Positions 29,979-39,541 of a stretch of DNA of 64,000 bases are shown here, piece by piece. The first letter of the stretch is position 1, and the number at the start of each line of letters is the position of its first letter. The notes beneath the pieces are model-generated. The model saw only the letters and a list, made by a program, of their open reading frames with translations. It was not told where the DNA came from and searched no databases. Source of the DNA: a virus; the IMG/VR virus record IMGVR_UViG_3300027973_002292, positions 1-64,000 of that record; one strand, written 5' to 3'. Position numbers and translations under genes: made by a program.

Positions 29979-31211
29979 ATGAGTACAGTAAATAATGGGC
30001 CGCAAATAGTTAGGAGTGGATTGGTTTTAGATTTGGATGCTTCTTATATGAGAAGTTATAGTCCAAATGTTATGCCTAATCCTACCAATATTTTTGCTTG
30101 GTCTGGAACTGGTAATAATAACTGCACTCTTTCTGGAGATACTACCATAACTAGACAATATGGTTCAATACCTTTAAAAATGGTAATGACTGGAACTGAT
30201 CCTTATGTTGGAAGTTATAATAGTTCTATTTGGAATTTAGCTCCAGCAGCGTCTGGACAAACTTGGACTCTTAGTTTTTATGCCAAAGGAAGTGAAACAT
30301 TAACTGGAAATTGTTATATCTTTGGAGCGAATTCTGGAGGAGTATATATTGAAGCTGCTGCTACATCTTTTACTGTAACAACTAGTTGGCAAAGATTTAC
30401 GTTTACGACTACACTTGGCAATGCTTCTACGGCTTTTATTCAAATGAGATTTGGCGGATCAAGTGGACAAGTTGGAAAAACAATTTGGTGGGACGGTGTC
30501 CAATTAGAAAGAGCTTCCGCCGCAACAAATTTTAATCCATATTATTTTGGAAATACGAGTTGGAGGGATGTTAGCAGCAGCGGTAATATATTTAATTCAA
30601 CCCTCTATACATATCCAAGTTTTGTGCAAAGTGGCTCACAATCTTATTTTTCATTTATAAATAATGGAACAATACAAAATAATATTTATTGTTATTCTAC
30701 AGGATTAGTTACTGCCACAAGTACGCAGACACAATATACAAGATTGGGGTGGTTTTATCTGACATCATACAGTGACGCATGGAGTCCTATATTTCAAAAT
30801 GTAATAGGAAATAATAGTGATATGGGATTAACTGTATATAGTAACGGCACTATTCATTTTAGACAATATACAAATTCTATAACTGGAGGAACAGCTTCAC
30901 AAGATTATGGTGTTTCTTCAGATGGAACTGTATTAATTAACAGATGGAATTTTGCTGCTATTGTGGTAAACAGAACTGGTAATCAGGTGTCATTTTATAT
31001 TAATGGAAATTTTGATAGTACAAAAGCTATAAATGTTATAGGAAATTCTAATTCAAATGAAATGTTAATAGGTGGTGTTTATGCAGATTCTTATTCTGGA
31101 GCTAGAATGTTTAAAGGTAGAATTGCGAGTGTGTGTCATTATAACAGATTATTAACGGCGGCTGAAGTATCTCAAAATTACGAAGCAACAAAAACAAGAT
31201 TCGGATTATAA
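29979..31211 (+). CDS. LamG/concanavalin-like virion protein with CBM-like insert
   Basis: IVRSGLVLDLDA, TLSFYAKG...WQRF...WWDGVQLE, FYING, YNRLLTAAEVSQNYEATKTRFGL. Confidence 0.8.
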   Translation: MSTVNNGPQIVRSGLVLDLDASYMRSYSPNVMPNPTNIFAWSGTGNNNCTLSGDTTITRQYGSIPLKMVMTGTDPYVGSYNSSIWNLAPAASGQTWTLSFYAKGSETLTGNCYIFGANSGGVYIEAAATSFTVTTSWQRFTFTTTLGNASTAFIQMRFGGSSGQVGKTIWWDGVQLERASAATNFNPYYFGNTSWRDVSSSGNIFNSTLYTYPSFVQSGSQSYFSFINNGTIQNNIYCYSTGLVTATSTQTQYTRLGWFYLTSYSDAWSPIFQNVIGNNSDMGLTVYSNGTIHFRQYTNSITGGTASQDYGVSSDGTVLINRWNFAAIVVNRTGNQVSFYINGNFDSTKAINVIGNSNSNEMLIGGVYADSYSGARMFKGRIASVCHYNRLLTAAEVSQNYEATKTRFGL

Positions 31212-31214
31212 TAT

Positions 31215-33293
31215 ATGTCAAAAATATACTCTCCAAAAATCGTGCAAGATAGTTTAGTGATGTGTTTAGATGCATCAAATAATAAATCATATCCAACTGA
31301 TTTGCCTGTAAAAAATGGATTGTTGGTTTGGTTAGATGCTGCCGATGATACAACTTTTAGTTATAGTTCAGGAACTGTAGTGAGTCAATGGAGAGATAAA
31401 AGCGGATTAAATAATCATGTAAGTCAAGCCACAGTAGCAAATCAACCAAGTAGAAGTACAATAAAAAATAGCAGAAAAACTCTTGTTTTTGATGGGTCAA
31501 ATGATACTTTATTTAATGCAGGGAATGTATTTCCATCAAATACAACCGACTATACAAAAATAGCAGTCGTATATCAAACTTCAACATCTACTACTGGAAA
31601 CATAATAAGTAGTAAAACAGATACATCTGGAACTAATAATGCTCATGCATTTTATTTCGGCAATAGTACTTTTATACAATTATGGCATAACAGTACATTT
31701 GTTACTTCTCCAAATGCGTTAGCTATAAATACTTTAGGAGTTATATCTGGAACTTATATAAATTCATCTGGTTTGGGATCTTTATATGTAAATGGAACAG
31801 CTTCTGGTACGGGAACGACTGCCAGTAGAAATATAGTAAGAGATATACAAATTGGCGCAATTATTGATAGTAGTTTTTTTACAGGAGAAATTTGTGAAGT
31901 ATTAGTATTTAGTAGAGTTTTATCAGCTACAGAATTAAAACAAGTCCACACATATCTTGGACAAAAATGGGGTATATCTAATACTGATAGAAGTATAGTT
32001 GATTTGAGTAACAATAATAATAATGGATTATTTGGCAATGGAACTGTGGCAAATATGCCAGATTATGATTTTTATAACAAAGGAGCTTTTAAATTTAATG
32101 GAACTTCCGATTTTGTTAAAGTAGGACCGAACTCTTCATTACAAGTAAATAATGTAACAATAGCGGCTTTTTTTAAAACAGTAAATAATGGTCAAGGTGT
32201 TCAATTTATAGCTGGATATGGCGACACTGGAATTGCTGGATATTGGCTAGGAACTAGTGGCGGCCCGATAAGATTTTCTATAGGTGGCGGATCAGGAAAT
32301 TATTTACAACAAAGTTCTGGCGTCACTCCGAATAATGATCAAATTTATTATGTAGTAGGAACTTATGACGGCGCAAATCAAAGAGTTTATGTGGATGGAG
32401 TTTTGCAATATTCAGCGACTACAGTCACTGGTAATATATCTTATGCTGGCTTAACAGATGGATTTTTATTGGGTCAAGTGCAAGGATTTTCTGCTGCTAG
32501 ATATTTAACGGGTAACATTTATAATGTTTCTGTTTATAGTCGAGCTTTATCTCAAGCTGAAATAAGTCAAAATTACGAAGCTCTAAAGTCAAAATTTGCA
32601 AATACAATTGTACAACAAGGATTAGTATTAAATCTTGATGCTGGTAATCCATATGGTTATGCAGGAGCAGGTACGGTTTGGTATGATGTTAGCGGAAATG
32701 CAATAGATGCATCTGCTACTGGAAATATTAATTATAGTAAGTTATATAATGGAGTATTTTCAGTTTATCCATCAGTTAATAGTTACTTTGCCACATCAAC
32801 AGTGTCTGCTTTAAATTTAGGATCATCTTCTTTTTCAATAGAAGCTTGGGTTTATTTTGATGCTTCAGTTGCGTCAGATGACGTATATAGAGGAGTAATG
32901 AGTTTGGGTACAAATTCAAGTAATTACGTTTACATATCAAAATGGAGATCTGGTTTATATTCTGGTTTGTATGTTCAATATATTGCTGCGGGTGGCACAG
33001 TAACAGGAGTTTATCAAGCTAATGATTATAATCCAGTTTCAAGATGGACACACGTTGTTGCGACAAAATCTTCAAATGTTTTATATTTTTATGTTAATGG
33101 AGTTTTATATTCAACTGCAAGTAATTTAAATACGACATTTACAGGTAATAGTTATGTTCTTATTGCTAATGCTCATGCAGGAGTAGGAACTTTAAATGGT
33201 TACGTTGGGGAATCAAGAGTTTATAACACTTCATTATCTGCCGCTCAAGTTTTACAAAATTACAATGCTACAAAAGGAAGATTTGGATTATAA
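31215..33293 (+). CDS. Triple LamG-like virion protein
   Basis: Three LVxxLDA starts; YNTSLSAAQVLQNYNATKGRFGL at the C-terminus. Confidence 0.8.
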   Translation: MSKIYSPKIVQDSLVMCLDASNNKSYPTDLPVKNGLLVWLDAADDTTFSYSSGTVVSQWRDKSGLNNHVSQATVANQPSRSTIKNSRKTLVFDGSNDTLFNAGNVFPSNTTDYTKIAVVYQTSTSTTGNIISSKTDTSGTNNAHAFYFGNSTFIQLWHNSTFVTSPNALAINTLGVISGTYINSSGLGSLYVNGTASGTGTTASRNIVRDIQIGAIIDSSFFTGEICEVLVFSRVLSATELKQVHTYLGQKWGISNTDRSIVDLSNNNNNGLFGNGTVANMPDYDFYNKGAFKFNGTSDFVKVGPNSSLQVNNVTIAAFFKTVNNGQGVQFIAGYGDTGIAGYWLGTSGGPIRFSIGGGSGNYLQQSSGVTPNNDQIYYVVGTYDGANQRVYVDGVLQYSATTVTGNISYAGLTDGFLLGQVQGFSAARYLTGNIYNVSVYSRALSQAEISQNYEALKSKFANTIVQQGLVLNLDAGNPYGYAGAGTVWYDVSGNAIDASATGNINYSKLYNGVFSVYPSVNSYFATSTVSALNLGSSSFSIEAWVYFDASVASDDVYRGVMSLGTNSSNYVYISKWRSGLYSGLYVQYIAAGGTVTGVYQANDYNPVSRWTHVVATKSSNVLYFYVNGVLYSTASNLNTTFTGNSYVLIANAHAGVGTLNGYVGESRVYNTSLSAAQVLQNYNATKGRFGL

Positions 33294-33313
33294 CGCTCAA
33301 ATCATTTTAAACA

Positions 33314-33320
33314 GTGTAAT
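33314..33320 (+). promoter_or_regulatory. GTGTAAT putative phage late promoter
   Basis: Recurrent motif; ATG at 33344. Confidence 0.6.
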
Positions 33321-33343
33321 AAATTTCATATAATAACAAAACT

Positions 33344-34225
33344 ATGAGCGAAGACATGCAACTAAAGTGGAAAGTAACAGCAATGGACTGCTACCCTGAG
33401 TTCAGCGGCGCAACCGATTATGTGTTTAACGTCCACTGGGACTGCTTGTCTTATTATAACGGCGTAAGCGGCGGGCCATACTATGGTAGAGTTTATAGCG
33501 TAACTAGCATTCCAGCCGCTCCTGGGCCAGCCACGCCTTACCTTGACTTGCAGGAAAATCAAGTGTTAGATTGGGTTTATTCGGTTTTTCAATCTGGAGA
33601 TAAAGAAAGATTTGAAAACTCATCAATTCAACAAATAGTTAACCAAATTGCTCCTCCAGTAGTAACTCCTCCAGCTCCTTGGCCCGCAGATATATTTCCA
33701 GTTATTGCCCCGTCCATTACAATACAGCCTCAATCTGGCATTTCTTTATGGTCTGGGCAGAATATCTATGTGTCATTAATGGCTGCCGGCCAACCTCTAA
33801 ATTATCAATGGAGAAAAGATTCTGAAAATCTATCAGGAGTGAATGGAGACGGATTACAAATTTTAAACATACAACTAGATCAAGCTGGGCTCTATGATGT
33901 TGTAGTATCGAACTCTTTGGGGTCAGTTACAAGTTCTGGGTGCCAAATTTCTGTCGCTCCTCCAGTTGTTCCAGTGATAGTAGATCAACCAGCGGGAGGA
34001 GAAGCCGTTACTGGATCTTCATTTATATTTAATGTAATAGCGACGGGATATCCGACTCCATCTTATCAATGGATGTTTAATAGTTCAGAGATTTCTGGAG
34101 CTGTATGGGCAGGATATGATTTACCGAATTTGCAAGAGAATCAAGCCGGAGATTATACGGTTAAAGTATCTAATGCTGCTGGAGAAGTTTTGAGTAATGT
34201 TGCTCATTTGAATGTTGTAATTTGA
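33344..34225 (+). CDS. Fibre-associated protein with two I-set immunoglobulin-like domains
   Basis: N-terminal WKVTAMDCYP...VFNVHW domain; two Ig repeats PxIxxQP...YQW...AGxYxVxVSN. Confidence 0.8.
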   Translation: MSEDMQLKWKVTAMDCYPEFSGATDYVFNVHWDCLSYYNGVSGGPYYGRVYSVTSIPAAPGPATPYLDLQENQVLDWVYSVFQSGDKERFENSSIQQIVNQIAPPVVTPPAPWPADIFPVIAPSITIQPQSGISLWSGQNIYVSLMAAGQPLNYQWRKDSENLSGVNGDGLQILNIQLDQAGLYDVVVSNSLGSVTSSGCQISVAPPVVPVIVDQPAGGEAVTGSSFIFNVIATGYPTPSYQWMFNSSEISGAVWAGYDLPNLQENQAGDYTVKVSNAAGEVLSNVAHLNVVI

Positions 34226-34253
34226 ACTTAATAAGAGATTATCTCTGGATAGA

Positions 34254-34260
34254 GTGTAAT
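34254..34260 (+). promoter_or_regulatory. GTGTAAT putative phage late promoter
   Basis: Recurrent motif; ATG at 34268. Confidence 0.6.
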
Positions 34261-34267
34261 AAAAAGC

Positions 34268-34711
34268 ATGGCTTCTTTACTGACATCAGCCCAGAAAACA
34301 ATATTTAAAAAAGGATTGAATGATTTATTCGATACCTTTAAGCAAGATATTGTAATTTATAAAGACGCTCAGATAGAAATCGTAGATGTTAACAAGCCAA
34401 GAATGTATGGCTACAATGAAAGAGTTGACATTTCTAATATCAATTTTGTGCCAGTGACTGGAGTATTTTCAGCACTGGTTAATTTCAATGTTAATCAGAA
34501 ACAAGCTTACTTGGACGAAGTGGGAAACGTAGTTCCTAAAGGAGACACTTCAATAAAAGTAAAAAGTGACGCTTATGATTTTATAGAAAACGATAGCAAC
34601 ACTTTGAATGTAGGCATTAACGACACTCTATATAAAATAATATCATCAGAATCTTTTAGAAGATATATCACTCCAGACTACTATACTTATTATTTAGAAA
34701 GGGTAAGGTAA
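34268..34711 (+). CDS. Putative head-closure/neck protein
   Basis: 147 aa, FDTFKQDIVIYK...YYLERV pattern, first gene of the neck cluster. Confidence 0.55.
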   Translation: MASLLTSAQKTIFKKGLNDLFDTFKQDIVIYKDAQIEIVDVNKPRMYGYNERVDISNINFVPVTGVFSALVNFNVNQKQAYLDEVGNVVPKGDTSIKVKSDAYDFIENDSNTLNVGINDTLYKIISSESFRRYITPDYYTYYLERVR

Positions 34712-35364
34712 TGACCTTTACTAACATCAAAGTAAATGGAGATTTAATATCTGACGCTTTGGAGAATAAATTTATCCAAAAACAAATAGAAAACTTAATC
34801 AAAAACAATTTTGAGTCTCAAAAAATCGAAATGATTCAAGGCTTTTTAAAAGACAAAATTTCTCAAGAGATTGCGAGTCCAGATTTAGGAAACATATCGG
34901 GAACTCTTGGAGGTTATGGAGATTTATTTGGTTTTATTGGCTTTTTCGAAGGCTCTTCTCCTATCGAAGAGGTTTCTAAAATATTATTTAGTACAACACA
35001 ATTAAAATCTATAAGAATAGAAAGGATATTTAATAGAGACGCAAAAGGCAGATTCACGACTGGGCGAACATATAGAAATATAAATATATCATTTTCTGTT
35101 CCTGACCTTGATGATTTTGACGAAACTTCTCGAAGCGTTGTTAGAGATTACTCAGGAAGAAACTGGATTAAAGGAGTAGAGAAAGGCATCTCTGGATTTA
35201 ATAGATACGCAAATTATCCAAGAGGCGAATCTCGTAGAGGCGTAGAATTAGATGGCGTTATAAAAAACCCATCAGTATCTAGGCCTAGACTTTCTAATTA
35301 CAAACCAAGAGGATACGTGACTCCTTTAATAAAAGAATTCATTAAAAAAATTAGCGGAATATGA
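34711..35364 (+). CDS. Putative neck/tail-completion protein
   Basis: 217 aa, basic, coupled to both neighbours, located between the closure and tail tube genes. Confidence 0.5.
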   Translation: MTFTNIKVNGDLISDALENKFIQKQIENLIKNNFESQKIEMIQGFLKDKISQEIASPDLGNISGTLGGYGDLFGFIGFFEGSSPIEEVSKILFSTTQLKSIRIERIFNRDAKGRFTTGRTYRNINISFSVPDLDDFDETSRSVVRDYSGRNWIKGVEKGISGFNRYANYPRGESRRGVELDGVIKNPSVSRPRLSNYKPRGYVTPLIKEFIKKISGI

Positions 35365-36218
35365 AAGCCAATTATCAAAATACTTTAACCAGCAGCTTCC
35401 TTTTGTATATAGATCACGAAGTCACAAAAAGAGGCGAGGCTTATACTAATTTGTCTTCTTACTTTTATCCAGTAACTGGAGTGTATAGAAATTACTACAC
35501 ATACGCTGCGCCATATAAACAATTGGTAAGCGACTCTTCTGTAAATGGGCCGACTAAATGTTCTGGGGTATATTTGAATGGCAATTTTATAACTCCTGGC
35601 CAAAGCGGGCTAGTTGCTATAAATCACTACGATGGTCAAGTGATTTTTAATGTTAATAGAAACTCTTCTGTAATAAGCGGAAATTATGCTATAAAAGATT
35701 ACAACGTTTACCTAACAGATAAAACCGAAGACAGAATTCTATTCTATACTAAAATAGAAAACAAGAATAGAAAACCTCAAACGGTAAGAGGATTGCAGGT
35801 TAACGAAATAACTTACCCGGCTATCTTTTTAACAATGATCAATTCTAAGAATGATCCATTTGCTTTCGGGGGAGTAGATATGACTAGTTCTTATTTTAGA
35901 GCTATTGTTATGTCTGATTCTCAATTTTCTTTAGACGCAGCTTGCGGCATATTAAGAGACTCTTCTCATAATTTTTTCAGACTAATTGATAACAATGATC
36001 TAAAAATGAACGCAATGAGTTCCTATACTGGAACTGCTTATAATTATACCGGAATAGCAACCGGAGCGCCAGTGTATATATCTGATGTTAGCGTCTCAAG
36101 AGTAGCGGTTAATAAATCTGCTGATTTTGTAGACTTGAATCCAGATGTCTTTTCAGCTTTTGTTGATTTTGATTTAGAGTCAGTAAGAAATCCTCACACA
36201 GACGGCGTTGCGTCTTAA
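35361..36218 (+). CDS. Putative tail terminator-like protein
   Basis: YPAIF...FAFGG...FVDFDL pattern, directly upstream of the tail tube gene. Confidence 0.5.
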   Translation: MKANYQNTLTSSFLLYIDHEVTKRGEAYTNLSSYFYPVTGVYRNYYTYAAPYKQLVSDSSVNGPTKCSGVYLNGNFITPGQSGLVAINHYDGQVIFNVNRNSSVISGNYAIKDYNVYLTDKTEDRILFYTKIENKNRKPQTVRGLQVNEITYPAIFLTMINSKNDPFAFGGVDMTSSYFRAIVMSDSQFSLDAACGILRDSSHNFFRLIDNNDLKMNAMSSYTGTAYNYTGIATGAPVYISDVSVSRVAVNKSADFVDLNPDVFSAFVDFDLESVRNPHTDGVAS

Positions 36219-36253
36219 AATTATAAAAAATAATTCCAAAGTCAAATTTCTGA

Positions 36254-36260
36254 GTGTAAA
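36254..36260 (+). promoter_or_regulatory. GTGTAAA putative phage late promoter
   Basis: Recurrent motif; SD AAGGA and ATG at 36290. Confidence 0.6.
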
Positions 36261-36289
36261 ACTAAGTTAGAACTATATAAGGAACATAT

Positions 36290-37426
36290 ATGCCAAGAAA
36301 TAGAGTAATTTACCAAAGCGACGCTGTATATTCAGCACCAACAGGAGAAGCTACGCTCTCTGCGGCAAATCACAGCCTCAGAAGAGTCCAGAGTTGTAAC
36401 TACAACTTTAGCATTCAACGTCAAGATATTAATCAATTTGGAGAGCTAGCGGCTATTGATAGGTTGATTATTCAAGAGCCTACGGTAGCGGTTGATTTAT
36501 CTTATTACTTTGAGCCAACAGGGTTCAATGAAAGGCATTTAGGTCTAAGAACCAATGCTGTCACAGGCGTGTCTAGCATTGCAGATCACATGCTAGATTT
36601 CATTATAGCTAGCGGAGCTGATTATAATCAAAAAAATATATTTATTATGACTAGTGACGCTGGTATCGATGCCAACGATACTACGGCAATGGCAGTTACA
36701 TCGAACTACGATGGTATCATTGGTATTGGTAACGCATTCTTAACTTCTTGGTCTCTAGAAGCTGCTGTAGGAGGAATCCCAACAGTAACTTGCGCTCTAG
36801 AAGGGCAAAATATAGTATTTACTGGCGGAATTTCAACTTTAGTAGCTCCAAATCCATCTATCGTAAATGGAACTGATCCTGGCACAACAGTCACTTTACC
36901 AGCTGGAGCTGGATCGTTTGATGCGACAGCAGAAGTTGCGGCAATAAGACCCGGTGACGTTACATTGTTTTTAGGCACTACTGATACAGACGACAAGCCA
37001 ATGGTTGGTCTATCTGAGGCTGATTTGAAGATTCAAAGTGCTAGCGTATCATTAACAATCAATCGCGAACCAATCAGAAAACTTGGAAATACATTCGCAT
37101 TTGCAAGAGAAATAACATTCCCAATTAACTGCACAATGTCTGTAAATGCAGTAGTTGGTGACTTAGCCAATAATAGATTATTTAGTCTTGTTAATAGAGC
37201 TTGCGACGATGGTACTAAATATACAGCAATGCTAACTCTAAACGGTTACAAAGGTTCTACTTGCACAGCAAATTTTGCTCAGATTATTCTAAAGGGAGCT
37301 AAGTTAGATTCTCAAAATATAACCTCTTCTATAGGACCAAATAAGACTGTCACCTTTGAGCTCTCTGCTCAAATCGGCAAAAACTCTGGATTGCACTTCA
37401 GATCTTCGCAAACGAATAATCCATAA
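36290..37426 (+). CDS. Major tail tube protein
   Basis: RVQSCNYNFSIQRQDINQFGE and a second tube-like half (IQSASVSLTINREPIRKLG); strong SD; followed by a terminator; upstream of chaperones and TMP. Confidence 0.75.
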   Translation: MPRNRVIYQSDAVYSAPTGEATLSAANHSLRRVQSCNYNFSIQRQDINQFGELAAIDRLIIQEPTVAVDLSYYFEPTGFNERHLGLRTNAVTGVSSIADHMLDFIIASGADYNQKNIFIMTSDAGIDANDTTAMAVTSNYDGIIGIGNAFLTSWSLEAAVGGIPTVTCALEGQNIVFTGGISTLVAPNPSIVNGTDPGTTVTLPAGAGSFDATAEVAAIRPGDVTLFLGTTDTDDKPMVGLSEADLKIQSASVSLTINREPIRKLGNTFAFAREITFPINCTMSVNAVVGDLANNRLFSLVNRACDDGTKYTAMLTLNGYKGSTCTANFAQIILKGAKLDSQNITSSIGPNKTVTFELSAQIGKNSGLHFRSSQTNNP

Positions 37427-37443
37427 TTTTAAATTAATGAAAC

Positions 37444-37474
37444 AAACCCTCGCCTTAACTGGCGGGGGTTTTTT
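37444..37474 (+). terminator. Rho-independent terminator
   Basis: AAACCCTCGCC-TTAACT-GGCGGGGGTTT followed by a T run. Confidence 0.88.
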
Positions 37475-37517
37475 ATTTTATATTTATTACTATTATTCTT
37501 TTATAATAGATAGGAAT

Positions 37518-37799
37518 ATGGATAATTTAAAACTAAAAGAGTATGTAAAGTTCCAAATTGATCGGGGCGTTATTTCTCTATACAAAAAATACTTTGAAAT
37601 GGTTGAAGATTTACACAAAGAACATTTGCTTCTTTTGGAAAAAGTTAAAGACAAAACGTCTGAAGACTTTGTAAAAAACATTGATTATTTTGATACTGAT
37701 AAATATAATTATATACGCAAAAAGATTTTGGACGCTGGCAACGACACAATAAGAACAATTGATGCCAATCTTAAGTCTGTAAACGTAACTTTAAAATAA
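37518..37799 (+). CDS. Hypothetical protein (start moved to ATG 37518)
   Basis: The upstream extension crosses the terminator; TATAAT at 37502 and AGGA precede ATG 37518. Confidence 0.7.
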   Translation: MDNLKLKEYVKFQIDRGVISLYKKYFEMVEDLHKEHLLLLEKVKDKTSEDFVKNIDYFDTDKYNYIRKKILDAGNDTIRTIDANLKSVNVTLK

Positions 37800-37801
37800 A
37801 T

Positions 37802-38515
37802 ATGAAAGAAAAATGGCTCCACGTTTTTACATTAGATAAAACGCAAAAGGTAAAAGAAACGATTGTTGAAAAAGACGAATCTGGAAACGAAGTGCAGATT
37901 ACTAAAGAAGTAGAGAAGAAAGTCCCTCAACGTTTTTGTATCTTAAAGCCTACCAGAAAGATACAAGATGATTCTTCTATTTTTTATTCTGTTAAGGTCT
38001 CTGAGGCTATTAAACTAGGATTAATAACTAAAGCATTTTTGCTGAGGAAATTTCAAAAGGATGGAGTTCTAGCTTCAGATGACGAGAAGAAGGAATATAC
38101 GAATAATTATTCTAGAGCTATAATGATAGAGGTAGACGCTGAAAAGATTAAGAATGACTCTAGCCTTTCAGATGCTGAGAAGGATCTTAAGATTGCTAAT
38201 ATTAATGATGACTATAAGTCTTTGAGACAAAAGCTTTTTGATTACGAAAGCGTTCAAAATTCTTTATTTGATAATACGGCAGAAAAGAGAGCTGCGGATT
38301 TGCTCAATCTTTGGTTTGTACTAAACTTGCTATATTCAGGAGACGAAGGTTCCGAAACTTGCCTTTTCGGAGATGGAACTTTTGACCAAAGAATGGAAAG
38401 GTTGAATCAAATTGAAGACTCTGAAGATCAATTCTTAACTGGAGTTGTTGAAAAGGGAGCCTTCTTGATTGGCCAATTGAATTCAGGCGTTAGCAAGGAA
38501 GACCTTGTAACCTAA
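37802..38515 (+). CDS. Putative tail assembly chaperone
   Basis: Charged helical 237-aa ORF between tube and TMP genes. Confidence 0.55.
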   Translation: MKEKWLHVFTLDKTQKVKETIVEKDESGNEVQITKEVEKKVPQRFCILKPTRKIQDDSSIFYSVKVSEAIKLGLITKAFLLRKFQKDGVLASDDEKKEYTNNYSRAIMIEVDAEKIKNDSSLSDAEKDLKIANINDDYKSLRQKLFDYESVQNSLFDNTAEKRAADLLNLWFVLNLLYSGDEGSETCLFGDGTFDQRMERLNQIEDSEDQFLTGVVEKGAFLIGQLNSGVSKEDLVT

Positions 38516-38520
38516 TAGAT

Positions 38521-39513
38521 GTGACAGACACTTATACAAAAATAAATTTACTAAAAAGTTTATACGGAGAAATTTGCTTGGGCTTTTCTGAGTTTGAACA
38601 TTCAGGAAAGCCTATTTTTATTAGACATTTCACAGAGATAGAAAATGGAATGCTCAATAAGAAAAGAGAAGCATTTCTCAAGGAGGCTGTCGAGAAAGGT
38701 TTAGATCAAAAAGAAGACAAGCTAATTTTCTTAATGCGGGAAAATATTTGGGATAGAGAAAATGAAATACGAATAGAATCTCTAAAAAAACAAATATCAG
38801 ACACTAACTTAATCCTTCAGAATTTGATAGTAAAGAAGCAAATTAATGAAACTAAAAGTAGAATAAAATTGCTAGAAACCGAAGCCTCAGAATTAGAAAA
38901 AGAAAAATCTTATCTTTTAGGTTTTTGTGCTGAAGATTATGCGGAAAAGTTATTTAATGAGCTGTTTATATTTCAAGCTTTCTTTAAAAACGAAGATCTT
39001 AAAGAGAGGTATTTTACAAAAGAAGAATTCGAAGAGTTAGATGAAATAGAACTTACAGATCTTGTGAGGTCTCTAAATTTATTTTATCAAAAATTTTCAC
39101 TTAAAGAAATCAAAAGAGTAGCTGCTTGTTCGTTTTTAATGAGCTTATTTCATTTATGTAATGATAACGCTTATTACTTTTACGGTAAGTATATTAAAGA
39201 CTTAACTGTCTTTCAAGCTAATTTATTTTCTCAATGCAAGTACTTTAAATCATTAATACAAAACAAAGCTCAAGCTAACCCTCCCGAAGATGTTTCCGAA
39301 GATCCTGATAAGATGATTGATTGGTACGAAATGGTGATAAATTCTGACATTGGAAAGGCTGACGATAACGTTTTAGGAGTTGGCCATATTGGAGCTTCTA
39401 CAGAAGAATTGCAAAAGATGGCGGGCGGAGGAGCTTCCACATTGTCAGAAATAGCTAAAAAGAAAGGAAATAAGCTTACTAGAGAAGATTTTATTAAAAT
39501 GCATGGAATATAG
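38521..39513 (+). CDS. Putative second tail assembly chaperone
   Basis: 330-aa ORF (GTG start) just upstream of the TMP; DLTVFQ...PPEDVSEDPDKMIDW motif. Confidence 0.55.
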   Translation: MTDTYTKINLLKSLYGEICLGFSEFEHSGKPIFIRHFTEIENGMLNKKREAFLKEAVEKGLDQKEDKLIFLMRENIWDRENEIRIESLKKQISDTNLILQNLIVKKQINETKSRIKLLETEASELEKEKSYLLGFCAEDYAEKLFNELFIFQAFFKNEDLKERYFTKEEFEELDEIELTDLVRSLNLFYQKFSLKEIKRVAACSFLMSLFHLCNDNAYYFYGKYIKDLTVFQANLFSQCKYFKSLIQNKAQANPPEDVSEDPDKMIDWYEMVINSDIGKADDNVLGVGHIGASTEELQKMAGGGASTLSEIAKKKGNKLTREDFIKMHGI

Positions 39514-39519
39514 TGTAAT
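39513..39519 (+). promoter_or_regulatory. GTGTAAT putative phage late promoter
   Basis: Recurrent motif; SD AAGGA and ATG at 39542. Confidence 0.6.
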
Positions 39520-39541
39520 AAATAAAGGTTAAAGGAAAAAT

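Noticed and set aside
17684-33293. Diversity-generating retroelement acting on fibre or LamG genes
   Set aside because: No reverse transcriptase and no template/variable repeat pair with adenine-specific differences; duplicated modules differ at synonymous sites of all bases
37356-37517. N-terminal extension of ORF 37356..37799
   Set aside because: It overlaps the tail tube gene end and crosses its terminator; ATG 37518 has better signals
38494-38521. Programmed -1 frameshift joining the two tail chaperone ORFs (lambda G/GT type)
   Set aside because: The second ORF is in the -1 frame and open from 38494, but the overlap CAAGGAAGACCTTGTAACC contains no XXXYYYZ slippery heptamer; unsupported, though not excluded
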